The position numbers and the translations under genes were made by a program. Below the pieces are notes generated by a model. The model saw only the letters and a program-made list of their open reading frames with translations, had not been told where the DNA came from and did not search any database. A stretch of DNA of 64,000 bases from Alphaproteobacteria bacterium GM7ARS4 (GTDB lineage: Bacteria; Pseudomonadota; Alphaproteobacteria; GM7ARS4): NCBI GenBank assembly GCA_014332745.1, contig JACONL010000001.1:28687-92686 (forward strand), in the 5' to 3' direction. Every line of letters begins with the position of its first letter. The stretch's first letter is position 1. Below are positions 1 through 9,924 of the stretch, piece after piece.

Positions 1-504
1 GTCAATCCATCAGCGCCTGTCGGCGGACGCGACCGACGACCAACCGCCACAGGACGCATGATCTTGGAAGCCGCCTCAGGACGCATGCCCGCCTATGTGG
101 AAAGCGGACTCAATATCGTCCATGTCGAAGACGTCGCCATGGGACATATCCTCGCATGGGAAAAAGGCATTGTGGGAAGACGCTACATATTGGGCGGAGA
201 AAATATGAAACTCGGCGCCATCTTTCGCACAGCCGCTAAATTGGGCGGGCATAGAGGACCCTTCGTGCGTCTGCCGCGCCATGTCCTCATGCCCTTTGCC
301 TACATCAACGAGGCACTGGCCTCCTTTCGCCATAAGGGGTATGAACCCCTTCTCACCGTCACAGGGGTTAAATTAGCAAAAAAACATATGTTCTTCTCTA
401 GCCAACGCGCCGTTGACGAGCTGGGATACGCGCCGCGTCCCGCCATCGAAGCCATTCAGACGGCCGTCGCTTGGTTTCGCCGCAACAATTATCTTCCCAC
501 ATAG
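1..504 (+). CDS. hpnA: Hopanoid-associated NAD-dependent sugar epimerase/dehydratase HpnA, 3' portion (5' end lies outside window)
   Basis: C-terminal 148 aa match the epimerase/dehydratase C-domain pattern (…RYILGGEN…). The frame is open to position 1. It sits next to ispH/hpnH, as in hopanoid clusters. Confidence 0.6.
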   Translation, partial: VNPSAPVGGRDRRPTATGRMILEAASGRMPAYVESGLNIVHVEDVAMGHILAWEKGIVGRRYILGGENMKLGAIFRTAAKLGGHRGPFVRLPRHVLMPFAYINEALASFRHKGYEPLLTVTGVKLAKKHMFFSSQRAVDELGYAPRPAIEAIQTAVAWFRRNNYLPT

Positions 505-565
505 CCTTGACATGCCATAGACGCCTATCCTATATTGAGAGGGTGCATTCTTTGGCGGTGTTCTC

Positions 566-1552
566 TTGTCTTCTCTTGTTGTTCATATGAAAAAAAATAA
601 AATCAAAGTCATTCTTGCCCAACCTCGAGGCTTCTGTGCTGGCGTGGAACGCGCCATAGAAATTGTGGAACGCGCCATTGCTCTCTATGGGCCACCCGTC
701 TATGTCCGCCATGAGATCGTCCATAACAAACGAGTCGTGGAAAGCCTCAGAGCGAAAGGCGCCGTCTTCGTGGAGGAACTGGATGAAATCCCTGAGGGAG
801 GCGTCACCATCTTCAGCGCCCATGGCGTTGCCGAAAGGGTGGAGAAGGCTGCACATCAACGCGAATTACCCGTCCTCGATGCAACATGCCCTCTCGTGGC
901 GAAAGTCCATAAGGAAGGACAACGTTATGCCCTCGATGGCTATGATGTCGTCCTCATTGGCCATGAGGGACATCCCGAAGTGGAAGGGACAATGGGACGC
1001 GTCCATGGAACCGTCTATCTCGTCTCAACGCCTGAGGACGCCCTCGCCCTCAAAGTGAAAAATCCCAATAAACTCGCCTATATCAGCCAAACGACACTCT
1101 CTGTGGATGACACGCGCGACGTCATACGCGCCCTCAAAAAGCGATTCCCCAATATCATAGGACCTGATGTCAAAGATATATGCTACGCCACACAAAACAG
1201 GCAATCTGCCGTGCGCGCCATTGTGGACCATATCGACCTCCTCCTCGTTGTAGGTGCCCATAATAGTTCGAATTCCAATCGCCTCAAAGAAATAGGCTCA
1301 GAAAGCGGCGTCCAAACCCACCTCATTGAAGATATTCATAGTTTCCAACCCTCATGGCTCGATAACGTTCAAACCATCGGCATTACATCTGGCGCATCAA
1401 CCCCTGATGAACTCGTCCAAGAACTCATCGAATTGCTCAGCCATCACCATGATATTGAAATATCAACGCTGGAAGGACAAGAGGAAAATGTCGTCTTTAA
1501 ACTGCCCAGTGAGCTACGCACCGTCAATATGGCCGTTCCTCACTCCGCATAA
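566..1552 (+). CDS. ispH: 4-hydroxy-3-methylbut-2-enyl diphosphate reductase IspH/LytB (likely start at 587 MKKNKIKV)
   Basis: Full-length LytB-like protein with conserved Cys motifs (…FCAGVERA…, …ATCPLV…, …ICYATQNRQ…). It sits upstream of hpnH, a common arrangement. Confidence 0.9.
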   Translation: MSSLVVHMKKNKIKVILAQPRGFCAGVERAIEIVERAIALYGPPVYVRHEIVHNKRVVESLRAKGAVFVEELDEIPEGGVTIFSAHGVAERVEKAAHQRELPVLDATCPLVAKVHKEGQRYALDGYDVVLIGHEGHPEVEGTMGRVHGTVYLVSTPEDALALKVKNPNKLAYISQTTLSVDDTRDVIRALKKRFPNIIGPDVKDICYATQNRQSAVRAIVDHIDLLLVVGAHNSSNSNRLKEIGSESGVQTHLIEDIHSFQPSWLDNVQTIGITSGASTPDELVQELIELLSHHHDIEISTLEGQEENVVFKLPSELRTVNMAVPHSA

Positions 1553-1614
1553 AACACCCCTCCCCATCACTATTCTCCCGCAAAGAACAGAACATCTCTC
1601 ACAAAATATCTCTC

Positions 1615-2832
1615 ATGGCAATCCCTCTTCAGCAACAATTCTCTATCGCCCGCTATATCGTGACGCAAAAAATCAAGGGCGTGAAGCGTTATCCCCTTGT
1701 CCTCATGCTCGAACCTCTCTTTCGATGTAACCTCGCATGCGCTGGCTGTGGCAAAATTGACTATCCCGATGAAATCCTCCAACAACGTATGAGCGTGCAA
1801 GAATGTCTCGAGGCGGTCGATGAATGTGGCGCACCTGTTGTCTCCATCCCGGGCGGTGAGCCTCTCTTGCATAAAGACATCGGCGACATCGTGCGAGGAA
1901 TCGTTGAGAGGCGCAAATTCGTCTACCTATGCACCAATGCTCTCTTGCTCGAGAAAAAACTCCATCTCTTCGAACCAAGCCCTTACCTCGCCTTCTCTAT
2001 CCATCTGGATGGCGATAGGGAAATTCACGATGATGCCGTCTGCCAAGATGGTGTCTATGACAGGGTTATTAAAGCCATACAGGCCGCTCAGGAACGTTCA
2101 TTTCGCGTCAATGTCAATTGCACCCTCTTCGACGGCGTTGATGCCGAACGCACAGCGCGTTTCTTCGATACGATGACCGCCATGGGCATAGACGGCATCA
2201 CCGTCTCGCCGGGTTACGCCTATGAACGCGCACCAGACCAAGAGCATTTCCTACAGAGGCAAAAGACACGCACGCTCTTCCGTTCTCTCTTCCGCCATGG
2301 CGCCCATGGAAGCACTCATGGGAACATTCGCGGGAAAAAACCATGGCCCCTCAGTCATTCAAGCCTCTATCTCGATTTTCTCGCTGGCAATCAAACCTAC
2401 CATTGCACACCATGGGGAAATCCCACGCGCAACATCTTTGGCTGGCAACGCCCATGCTACCTCTTAGGAGAGGGATATTGCTCGAGCTTCAAAGAACTCA
2501 TGGAGGAAACCGATTGGACTCTCTACGGAACGGGACAATATGAAAAATGCGCTAACTGCATGGCCCATTGTGGCTATGAGGCCAGTGCCGTTGAAGATAG
2601 TTTCGCCCGTCCCTTAAACGCCCTAAAGGTCGCCATGAGGACATGGCCTAAAACGACAGGCCCCATGGCAAAAGACATCGATATCAGCAAACAACGCACA
2701 GCGCGCTATGTCTTCGACGGCCATGTGCAGAAAATGCTCGATGACATTCGCTCAGACATAGAACAAGACAGCCGCGCCCCGACGCCATCCCCATCAAAAC
2801 AAACCGCGTTGAATAACACGCACCAACGCTGA
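1615..2832 (+). CDS. hpnH: Adenosylhopane synthase HpnH (radical SAM)
   Basis: CxxxCxxC radical SAM motif (CNLACAGCGK). The conserved HpnH C-terminal block NQTYHCTPWGNPTRNIFGWQRPCYLLGEGY is present. Confidence 0.9.
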   Translation: MAIPLQQQFSIARYIVTQKIKGVKRYPLVLMLEPLFRCNLACAGCGKIDYPDEILQQRMSVQECLEAVDECGAPVVSIPGGEPLLHKDIGDIVRGIVERRKFVYLCTNALLLEKKLHLFEPSPYLAFSIHLDGDREIHDDAVCQDGVYDRVIKAIQAAQERSFRVNVNCTLFDGVDAERTARFFDTMTAMGIDGITVSPGYAYERAPDQEHFLQRQKTRTLFRSLFRHGAHGSTHGNIRGKKPWPLSHSSLYLDFLAGNQTYHCTPWGNPTRNIFGWQRPCYLLGEGYCSSFKELMEETDWTLYGTGQYEKCANCMAHCGYEASAVEDSFARPLNALKVAMRTWPKTTGPMAKDIDISKQRTARYVFDGHVQKMLDDIRSDIEQDSRAPTPSPSKQTALNNTHQR

Positions 2833-3489
2833 CTCCGCACGTTCCATGTGATAGGCAAGGCTTATGAGACTGCCCACTTGCCAAGGACGCCTCAGCAACG
2901 CCTTCATCACACCCCCCACATCATAAGAGCCATCAGGCGCAATGACATGGTAGAGAACGGGAGGAATCGCCTTATCCACCCTATCGACAACGGCGCGCAC
3001 CGCCATAAAGGGAATGCCATGGCGGTGGGCTAGACATGCGCCAATATGACTCTCCATATCCACAACAAGCGCCCCCGTCCTTTCCCCTAAGGCGCGTTTT
3101 TCCGCTATCTCTGGCACTAAAATATCGCTCCCAAACACAGAACCACGCCGCGCAAAAGGCACAGAGGCATACCGCGCCCATAAGGCATGCGACCATGCCT
3201 TATGGCACATCCACACGCCATCCTTATGGTAGATTTTATCGGCAAAGACGACATCACCCACAGCAACATCGTCTTGCAAACCACCCGCAACGCCAAAACT
3301 CATCAAGGCATCGATACCACCATCAATAAGCGTTTGCGCCGCCTTGAGCGCGCCGCTCTTTTCCGCCCCGCTCATCGCCACCGAGAGAGGGACATCACGC
3401 CCACAATGCTTATGACGCTTTAGGCATGACGCCTCACGCGCAAAACCAACGATGACACCGATATGGCGAAACGCGTCTTGCGACATCAT
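2794..3489 (-). CDS. hpnG: Hopanoid-associated phosphorylase/nucleosidase HpnG (MTA/SAH-nucleosidase family)
   Basis: PNP/MTAN-family signature (VGFAGGL-like SFGVAGGL, MESH). Likely start at MMSQ (3489), overlapping the shc stop by 4 nt. Hopanoid cluster context. Confidence 0.8.
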   Translation of the reverse strand: MMSQDAFRHIGVIVGFAREASCLKRHKHCGRDVPLSVAMSGAEKSGALKAAQTLIDGGIDALMSFGVAGGLQDDVAVGDVVFADKIYHKDGVWMCHKAWSHALWARYASVPFARRGSVFGSDILVPEIAEKRALGERTGALVVDMESHIGACLAHRHGIPFMAVRAVVDRVDKAIPPVLYHVIAPDGSYDVGGVMKALLRRPWQVGSLISLAYHMERAESALVRVIQRGLF

Positions 3490-5495
3490 AATCCTTGTCC
3501 AAGCGCCTTCGTGTTGCTCTGTATCATGCGCCGATAGCGCGACAACGCCCAAAGAGGAAAATAGACACTATAGCCACGATAGCGCAAATAAAAGACACGC
3601 GGAAATCCCACAGCGGTATAGTCATCTTCCCGCCAACGCCCATCCTCCTCTCGAGGCGCCGCTAAGAGCCATTCAATCCCCCTCTTGACAGCATCGCTAG
3701 AGACTTCATGGGCGGCAATCAACGCCATGATAGCCCACGCTGTCTGTGAAGGTGTGCTGGCCACCACCTCATCTCGTCTCGAAGGCCAATAACTCGCCCC
3801 ACTTTCACCCCACCCGCCATCATCATTCTGGCGGTCACACAACCACTGAACAGCGCGACGAATATAGGGAGACGACATATCCTCAGAAATGGCATGCAAA
3901 CCCGATAAAACAGACCATGTGCCGTAAATATAGTTCGTCCCCCAACGACCAAACCACGAGCCGTCTTCCTCTTGCTCACGCCGTAAAAAGGCGAGGCATC
4001 TAGCGATGACATCGTCTTCCTTCGTATAACCCCTCTGAGCAAGAAAACCTAAACAGCGGGCTGAAACATCAACAGTAGGAGGGTCGCGCAACGCCCCATG
4101 GTCAGCAAACGGAATATAGTCGAGATAGGCACTCGTATTATCGGCATCAAAAGCACCCCATCCGCCATTCTTGCTCTGCATGCCAATAATCCATCTCTCT
4201 GCGCGTTTCAGGGCTGGCTCATAGCGCGGGTCATGCGCCTTGTCTAACGCTATAGCAACAACAGCCGTATCATCAACATCGGGATAATAGTCATTGCCAT
4301 ATTGGAACGCCCACCCCCCCGGCGCAACGTGAGGACGCCTATCACGCCAATCACCTGCCGCCTCACGCACCTCTTTGGAAAGAAGCCACGCCATGCCACG
4401 TTCATGGGACGAAGAGGCAACACCCTCATCCTCGGCCAACGCTAAAAGCGCTAAACTACTATCCCACACAGGAGAGACACACGGCTGGCAAAAACTTTCA
4501 TCCACATCATCAAACACGAGAAGACGCAACGCCTCAAGAGCCTCCTGGTATCGTTCATCGTCCTTCCCATACCCTAACACATCGAGAAGAATAAGAAAAT
4601 TCATCATAGCGGGGAAAATACCGCCTAAACCATCGCGACCATTACGCCTCGCCATAGACCATGCGACCGCCTTGTTGATGGCATGACGGCGTAGGAAGGG
4701 CGGCGAAAAACGCTCGATGCGTCTCACGATGGCGTCAACATAGACAAATAACGCCCCCTGCCACGTCCCGCGATGATTTTTAATATAGGCAACCTTCTCT
4801 CCCTCCTTTTCTACCCTCAATTCTGTCAACGTCACCCCATGGTCGCCTTTGCTTTGTGGCTTCAACGCCATCAAAGCCAAGACCGGCACGAGAACAACCC
4901 GCGACCAATAAGACACCTTCCCTAGAGAAAAAGGACACCATGACGGAAGAAGGACTATCTCCACAGGCATCGACGGCACCGCCTCCCAAGGAAGCACCCC
5001 ATGAAAAGCAAGGGACATGCGCGTGAAAACATTGCATTGGGTGAGTCCTCCCATCGCCCGAATGGCACGGCGCGCATGCGCCATATGCGGCGCATGGATG
5101 TCATCACCCATCAACTTCAAAGCAAAATACGCCTTGACACTGGCGCTGAGGTCCATGTCGCCACCATAATAGAGCGCCCACCCCCCATGCCCCTTACGCT
5201 CCCCACGCTCTCCATGCTCCTCAGGGGACAGCGAACGCGTACGGCGAATATGGCGCGCAAGACGCCCCTCACGCTCTACATCCTTAATCCCTAAATAACG
5301 ATTCATCATAATATATTCAGCAGAAATCGTCACATCAGCCTCCAACGGAAAAACCCAATGGCCATCCCTCTGTTGCTTGGCACGTAAGGCGTTTTTCCCA
5401 CGCTCGATGGCATCGTCAATATGGCGAAAAAATGCTTTCTTATCGCTCACGCTGTCTGACTCCTTGACGAAGAACCAACAGAGGACACAACGCAT
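3486..5495 (-). CDS. shc: Squalene-hopene cyclase
   Basis: 669 aa. DVDDTA catalytic motif (YPDVDDTAVV). Multiple QW repeats (…GGWGE…, …GSWFGRWG…). Confidence 0.95.
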   Translation of the reverse strand: MRCVLCWFFVKESDSVSDKKAFFRHIDDAIERGKNALRAKQQRDGHWVFPLEADVTISAEYIMMNRYLGIKDVEREGRLARHIRRTRSLSPEEHGERGERKGHGGWALYYGGDMDLSASVKAYFALKLMGDDIHAPHMAHARRAIRAMGGLTQCNVFTRMSLAFHGVLPWEAVPSMPVEIVLLPSWCPFSLGKVSYWSRVVLVPVLALMALKPQSKGDHGVTLTELRVEKEGEKVAYIKNHRGTWQGALFVYVDAIVRRIERFSPPFLRRHAINKAVAWSMARRNGRDGLGGIFPAMMNFLILLDVLGYGKDDERYQEALEALRLLVFDDVDESFCQPCVSPVWDSSLALLALAEDEGVASSSHERGMAWLLSKEVREAAGDWRDRRPHVAPGGWAFQYGNDYYPDVDDTAVVAIALDKAHDPRYEPALKRAERWIIGMQSKNGGWGAFDADNTSAYLDYIPFADHGALRDPPTVDVSARCLGFLAQRGYTKEDDVIARCLAFLRREQEEDGSWFGRWGTNYIYGTWSVLSGLHAISEDMSSPYIRRAVQWLCDRQNDDGGWGESGASYWPSRRDEVVASTPSQTAWAIMALIAAHEVSSDAVKRGIEWLLAAPREEDGRWREDDYTAVGFPRVFYLRYRGYSVYFPLWALSRYRRMIQSNTKALGQGL

Positions 5496-6742
5496 GACGC
5501 GGCGCGAAATCCAGACATGATCGCCCCCTCAATGGTCGCTGGCAGTCCCGTATCCGTCCAATCACCTGCTAAAAACATATTGTGCCATGGGGTCTGGGTT
5601 TTGCCTCTCGCATGTTCGTTTTGCGGCGATTGCACAAAGGTTGCTCTCTTCTCACAGAGATAACGATAGGGAGGCATTGTACCGTTTTTCCACCCAAGAG
5701 TCAAAGAGACATCACGCCATAATTGGCGCACAAAAGAGTCCCTCTCCGTTCCCCACGAGTCCTGCACCGCACTGATCGTCACCGACAGATGGTCCTTATG
5801 GCAAAAAAGCCAATGGCCTCTGCTGCCATGCATCCCCACCATAGAGGGAAAAGGTGGAGGCGTGCGCCCCTTTGGTATCAGGAAATGGACATTGATGATA
5901 CCTCGATACCCCTCTGGCACAGACAAGGACGGCAAGACAGCGCGCGCCGCAAAGGGAGGAAGCGCCATGATGACACGCTCCTCTCTGCCAACGGGAACAG
6001 AAAAATTGAGCCCGCATAATGATGACACAAAGCGCCCTTGAAACCCTAACCCCCGCACACGCATCCCACAACGTATGGACGCCCCATGGCGTAGCAAATA
6101 CGCATGAGCTGGCGCGATAAAGCTCGCCCCTAAATTCTCACGCGGATAACATGGACGACAATGAGATGCGCCACGAAAAAACGTCTTCACCAAGACATTC
6201 CATAACAGGCGCATGCTCGCCTTGGACGACTCCGTATTCAGCACGCTCACAGCAAGAGGGTCTATGAACTTCCTAAAAAAGAGCGCATGGGGGGAAAAGA
6301 CATCACTGACGACATGATGTCGCCCATAACATCGATGGCGCGCACACGCCCACAAACAAGACAATAACGTGGATGGCGTCATACCCCATTCCCTCTTCAC
6401 AAACCAGAAGGCTCGACTCTTATCGCCAACGGTCAGACTCTCACAACGCCCCGTGGGGACATCGTAAAAATCAAAACGGCTTTGCTCTTGCACGATGAGC
6501 TCGTCTTGCGCACCCACCATGTTCACATAGCCCATGACATGGTCGTTGCCGCTGAGCACCAAATGACTGCCATTATCGATGGTGATGTTGAGGGTGCTAT
6601 CATGGTAGGAACGACAACGTCCGCCTAAAAAAGGGGACGCTTCATAGAGAAGCACGCGACATCCCTGTGACGCAAGACTCACAGCGGAAGCAAGCCCCGC
6701 CAACCCGCCACCAATAATATGCGCTGTGCCAAGGCATGCCAT
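5447..6742 (-). CDS. hpnE: Hydroxysqualene dehydroxylase HpnE (FAD-dependent amine oxidase family)
   Basis: N-terminal FAD dinucleotide-binding motif IIGGGLAGLASA following M at 6742, so the listed longer ORF is an upstream extension. Squalene-associated FAD-dependent desaturase family. Start abuts the upstream SQS-family gene stop. Confidence 0.85.
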   Translation of the reverse strand: MACLGTAHIIGGGLAGLASAVSLASQGCRVLLYEASPFLGGRCRSYHDSTLNITIDNGSHLVLSGNDHVMGYVNMVGAQDELIVQEQSRFDFYDVPTGRCESLTVGDKSRAFWFVKREWGMTPSTLLSCLWACARHRCYGRHHVVSDVFSPHALFFRKFIDPLAVSVLNTESSKASMRLLWNVLVKTFFRGASHCRPCYPRENLGASFIAPAHAYLLRHGASIRCGMRVRGLGFQGRFVSSLCGLNFSVPVGREERVIMALPPFAARAVLPSLSVPEGYRGIINVHFLIPKGRTPPPFPSMVGMHGSRGHWLFCHKDHLSVTISAVQDSWGTERDSFVRQLWRDVSLTLGWKNGTMPPYRYLCEKRATFVQSPQNEHARGKTQTPWHNMFLAGDWTDTGLPATIEGAIMSGFRAASCVVSSVGSSSRSQTA

Positions 6743-6744
6743 TG

Positions 6745-7626
6745 TCAACGCCCTAAAAGGTAGGCGCGCGCCATATGCATCGCAAGAGCCACATTCGTTG
6801 GCCGCGCCACAGGCTCGAGAGTCGCCCAACCACGCCGACATAACAGCGTCAAAATATCGCCATACACATGGCGCATAAAACGCGCCGGACGCCACATGCG
6901 CCTATGGGCGCTCTGCCAGAATAATTTATCACTCAAAGCAAACGCATCGCGCGCATGAGACACAAGCGCACAGGCAATGGACGGAAAATGCTGTGAGGAA
7001 AAGAGCTGGGACAGAGCCTCACCCGTCAGCCCATAAGGCGCAAGCATCGTCAAAGGGATATACAACCTGCCACGAGCGCCATCTTCCCTGAGGTCACGCA
7101 AGATGTTCGTCAGCTGCAACGCCCTGCCCAGAGCATAGGCATGGCGATAGGCATGCTCAGACGCATCGCCAAAAATATGACTCGAGAGCACACCCACCGC
7201 CCCCGCCACCCTATCACAATAGCGCTCTAACATCGCCATATCCTTCATGCGCACAGAAACACCAATATCCATCTCCATCCCGCGAATAATCTCCATAAAG
7301 GCGTGACGTGGCATGGCATAGCGGGGAATGCTCCATGCCAAGACATGAAAGAGAGGATGGTCACCCGTCTCCCCGCCATATGTCTTCCCGCCATAGAGAA
7401 CATCAAGACGCCGTGACCAGTCTCCTAACCGCCTCAGACGTTCCTGTGTCTCCAGCCCTTCATCATCGACACTATCATCCACATCTCGACAAAAGGCATA
7501 AAGAGCATACATCGCACGCCTCTTGTCTCGAGGAAGACACCGCATGCCCCAATAAAAAGAAGAGCCTGCCTGCCGAACGTAAGAGTCGACCCATTGCTGT
7601 GCCCACGCCTGCTTCTGTGTATCCAT
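6745..7626 (-). CDS. hpnD: Squalene/phytoene-synthase family protein (presqualene diphosphate synthase HpnD or hydroxysqualene synthase HpnC)
   Basis: Trans-isoprenyl diphosphate synthase head-to-head family motifs (YAFCRDVDD, NILRDLRED). ATG at 7626 (MDTQKQ) is more plausible than the GTG at 7650. The gene lies between hpnE and ispA. Confidence 0.75.
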   Translation of the reverse strand: MDTQKQAWAQQWVDSYVRQAGSSFYWGMRCLPRDKRRAMYALYAFCRDVDDSVDDEGLETQERLRRLGDWSRRLDVLYGGKTYGGETGDHPLFHVLAWSIPRYAMPRHAFMEIIRGMEMDIGVSVRMKDMAMLERYCDRVAGAVGVLSSHIFGDASEHAYRHAYALGRALQLTNILRDLREDGARGRLYIPLTMLAPYGLTGEALSQLFSSQHFPSIACALVSHARDAFALSDKLFWQSAHRRMWRPARFMRHVYGDILTLLCRRGWATLEPVARPTNVALAMHMARAYLLGR

Positions 7627-7650
7627 AAGACAGAGACATTCCAGCGCCAC

Positions 7651-8547
7651 TTAGGCATGGCGCTCAACGATAAAGAGCGCAACATCTCGCAAAGGCTGCG
7701 CCTCTTTGCCAAAACACGCCAAACCATCAATAGACTCGGCAACAAGCGCATGCGCTTTGCGTTGCGCCCCCGCCACGCCTAACGCCTTGACAAACGTCGC
7801 CTTTTGCGCATGGTCATCCTTGCCCGCACGCTTCCCCATCACCTCTTCATCGCCCACCGCATCCAAAATATCATCGGCAATTTGAAACGCCAAACCAATA
7901 CAGCGCCCATAAGACTCTAAAGCCTCCATATCCTTTGTCGATGCGCCACCAAGAAGACCACCACTCGTCGCTGAGAAAAAAAGCAATGCCCCCGTCTTCA
8001 TTGTCTGAAGCGACTCGATATGAGAACGCGTCACCTCGTCATGGGATTGCGCCACAAGGTCGGCCATCTGCCCGCCTACCATCCCCCTTATGCCCGCATG
8101 GCGCGCTAAGCCATGCACCAAACGACAACGCACAGAAGCATCATGGTGAGTCTCCTCAGAACTCAAAAGCTCAAAGGCAAGAGTCAACAAACCATCGCCC
8201 ACAAGAATCGCCGTCGCCTCGTCATAACGGATATGACAACAAGGACGCCCACGCCGCATATCATCATCATCCATCGCCGGCAAATCATCATGGACTAAAG
8301 AATAATGGTGAATCATCTCAACAGCCGACGCCACACGCAAGGCATACGACTCGCGCACAGAAAAAATATGTGAAGACGCCACAACCAAAAAAGGACGCAA
8401 GCCCTTGCCACCACCCTCCACAACATAGACCATCGCCTCGTAGAGACGACCCTCCAACCCTCCCACAGAAGGAAGAAGAGACAGGATACAGGAACGCACC
8501 TGATGACTCACGCGCAGCAACGACTCTTGCAATGCCCTATCACCCAT
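7651..8547 (-). CDS. ispA: (2E,6E)-farnesyl diphosphate synthase (polyprenyl synthetase)
   Basis: FARM DDLPAMDDDDMRRG and SARM FQIADDILD motifs. Classic xseB-ispA pairing. Confidence 0.85.
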   Translation of the reverse strand: MGDRALQESLLRVSHQVRSCILSLLPSVGGLEGRLYEAMVYVVEGGGKGLRPFLVVASSHIFSVRESYALRVASAVEMIHHYSLVHDDLPAMDDDDMRRGRPCCHIRYDEATAILVGDGLLTLAFELLSSEETHHDASVRCRLVHGLARHAGIRGMVGGQMADLVAQSHDEVTRSHIESLQTMKTGALLFFSATSGGLLGGASTKDMEALESYGRCIGLAFQIADDILDAVGDEEVMGKRAGKDDHAQKATFVKALGVAGAQRKAHALVAESIDGLACFGKEAQPLRDVALFIVERHA

Positions 8548-8885
8548 TATGATGATGGCTCGCTTGTAAAAGACTCTAAACCAACAGCCTTGCCAGACTC
8601 CAATCGCACCTTGTCAATGCGCCCCTTGGCATCCGCTAACTGCTTCTGGCAGTGCTTCGATAATTGCATGCCACGCTCATAATACGCCACAGCCTTATCT
8701 AACATCACCGTACCTCCCTCTAATGCCTTCACAAGCCTCTCTAACTCACCCAACGCATCCTCAAAACTCATAGACTCAACAGGGGGGGACTCAACAGGGG
8801 GGGACTCAACGGGGGGGGACTCAACGGAGGGGGAGTCAACAGGCGAGGAAGCAACGGGCTGATTATTCTGTTCCTGTGCGTCCAT
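8547..8885 (-). CDS. xseB: Exodeoxyribonuclease VII small subunit with N-terminal (SPPVE)x4 repeat
   Basis: Conserved XseB core (FEDALGELERLVKALEGG…YYERGMQL). Stop overlaps the ispA start (ATGA). The N-terminus is encoded by a 15-nt tandem repeat. Confidence 0.8.
   Translation of the reverse strand: MDAQEQNNQPVASSPVDSPSVESPPVESPPVESPPVESMSFEDALGELERLVKALEGGTVMLDKAVAYYERGMQLSKHCQKQLADAKGRIDKVRLESGKAVGLESFTSEPSS
8774..8842. repeat. 15-nt tandem repeat (gactcaacagggggg)x~4.5 inside xseB
   Basis: Direct inspection. Encodes the SPPVE repeats. Confidence 0.8.
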
Positions 8886-8886
8886 C

Positions 8887-9834
8887 CTATCCTCTCACAC
8901 GCTCATGACTCATTAACGCCCCCACATGCGCCGCCGCACTCTGTGCTAAAGCAGTCAGATTGTAACCTCCCTCAAGCATAGACACAAGACGCCCTTGACA
9001 TATTTTTTGCGCCTCCTCCACAAAGAGCATGGTGAGGCGCGCAAAATCTTGGGTGCTCACACGAAAACCACCAAGGGGGTCGTCCTCATGGGCATCAAAG
9101 CCAGCCGACAATAACATCAACTGAGGCTGATACGCCCGCACATGGGCCAGCCCCTCACGCCATACCGATAGGAACGTATCACCATCCGTGCCTTGAGGCA
9201 AAGGATAGTTATAGACAAAGCCCGCACCCTTCTCATCACGACGTCCCGTATAGGGATAAAAAGGCCATTGATGGGTCGACATAAAAAGAATTCTCTTGTC
9301 ATGAGCAACAGCCGCTTGCGTGCCATTGCCATGATGGACGTCAAAATCAAGGATCGCCACGCGAGACAGACCATAAGCCTCGATGGCATGATAGGCAGCA
9401 ATGGCAACATTGTTAAATAAGCAAAAACCCATCGCCCGCTCAGGCTCGGCATGGTGACCCGGGGGACGCACCGCACAAAAAGCATTTGTCGCCTCACCCG
9501 CCATGACAGCATCAACAGCCATCACCGATGCGCCCACCGCACATAAGGTAGCCTCACGACTCCCCGCTGAGACCAACGTATCACTATCAAGAAACGCTAG
9601 ACCATGCTGAGGCACTTGGCTTATGACATGCATCACATGGCGTATCATGGACGGCTGATGGACAAGCGCCAATGTTGCCTCCTCCACCGCCACAGACTCA
9701 ACCCATACAAGCTCTAAAAAACGCTCCCCCCTCAGATAATCCATGATATGCTCCAAGCGCGCCACACGCTCAGGATGCCCTTGTCCCGTCTCGTGACGCA
9801 AACATGAAGGATGGGTATAGAGACATGTGGACAT
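8887..9834 (-). CDS. Histone deacetylase-family protein (acetoin utilization AcuC / acetylpolyamine amidohydrolase-like)
   Basis: HDAC-superfamily motifs (RPPGHHA, DFDVHHGNGTQ, GGY). Start most likely MSTCLY at 9834. Confidence 0.7.
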   Translation of the reverse strand: MSTCLYTHPSCLRHETGQGHPERVARLEHIMDYLRGERFLELVWVESVAVEEATLALVHQPSMIRHVMHVISQVPQHGLAFLDSDTLVSAGSREATLCAVGASVMAVDAVMAGEATNAFCAVRPPGHHAEPERAMGFCLFNNVAIAAYHAIEAYGLSRVAILDFDVHHGNGTQAAVAHDKRILFMSTHQWPFYPYTGRRDEKGAGFVYNYPLPQGTDGDTFLSVWREGLAHVRAYQPQLMLLSAGFDAHEDDPLGGFRVSTQDFARLTMLFVEEAQKICQGRLVSMLEGGYNLTALAQSAAAHVGALMSHERVRG

Positions 9835-9924
9835 ATGCAGCACTCCATAGGGTGATGATGGCGAACAATCATGGGTGTCACCCACCCTAGCACAACGAGA
9901 GAACCTCCCTCAACAACGAGCATC

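Noticed and set aside
663-3423. Numerous 60-160 aa ORFs on alternate frames or strands within ispH, hpnH, hpnG and shc (e.g. 663-1058, 1326-1730, 1703-1978, 3036-3329)
   Set aside because: They are fully nested in, or antisense to, strongly supported conserved genes. Their composition is Ser/Arg/Pro/His-rich, typical of off-frame GC-rich translation.
9835-9924. Possible cobalamin riboswitch in the divergent region upstream of cbiX, and in 21162-21278 upstream of the ABC transporter
   Set aside because: The intergenic spaces are about 90 and 117 nt, too short for a cobalamin riboswitch (about 180 nt or more). No B12-box-like GCCACTG element was seen.
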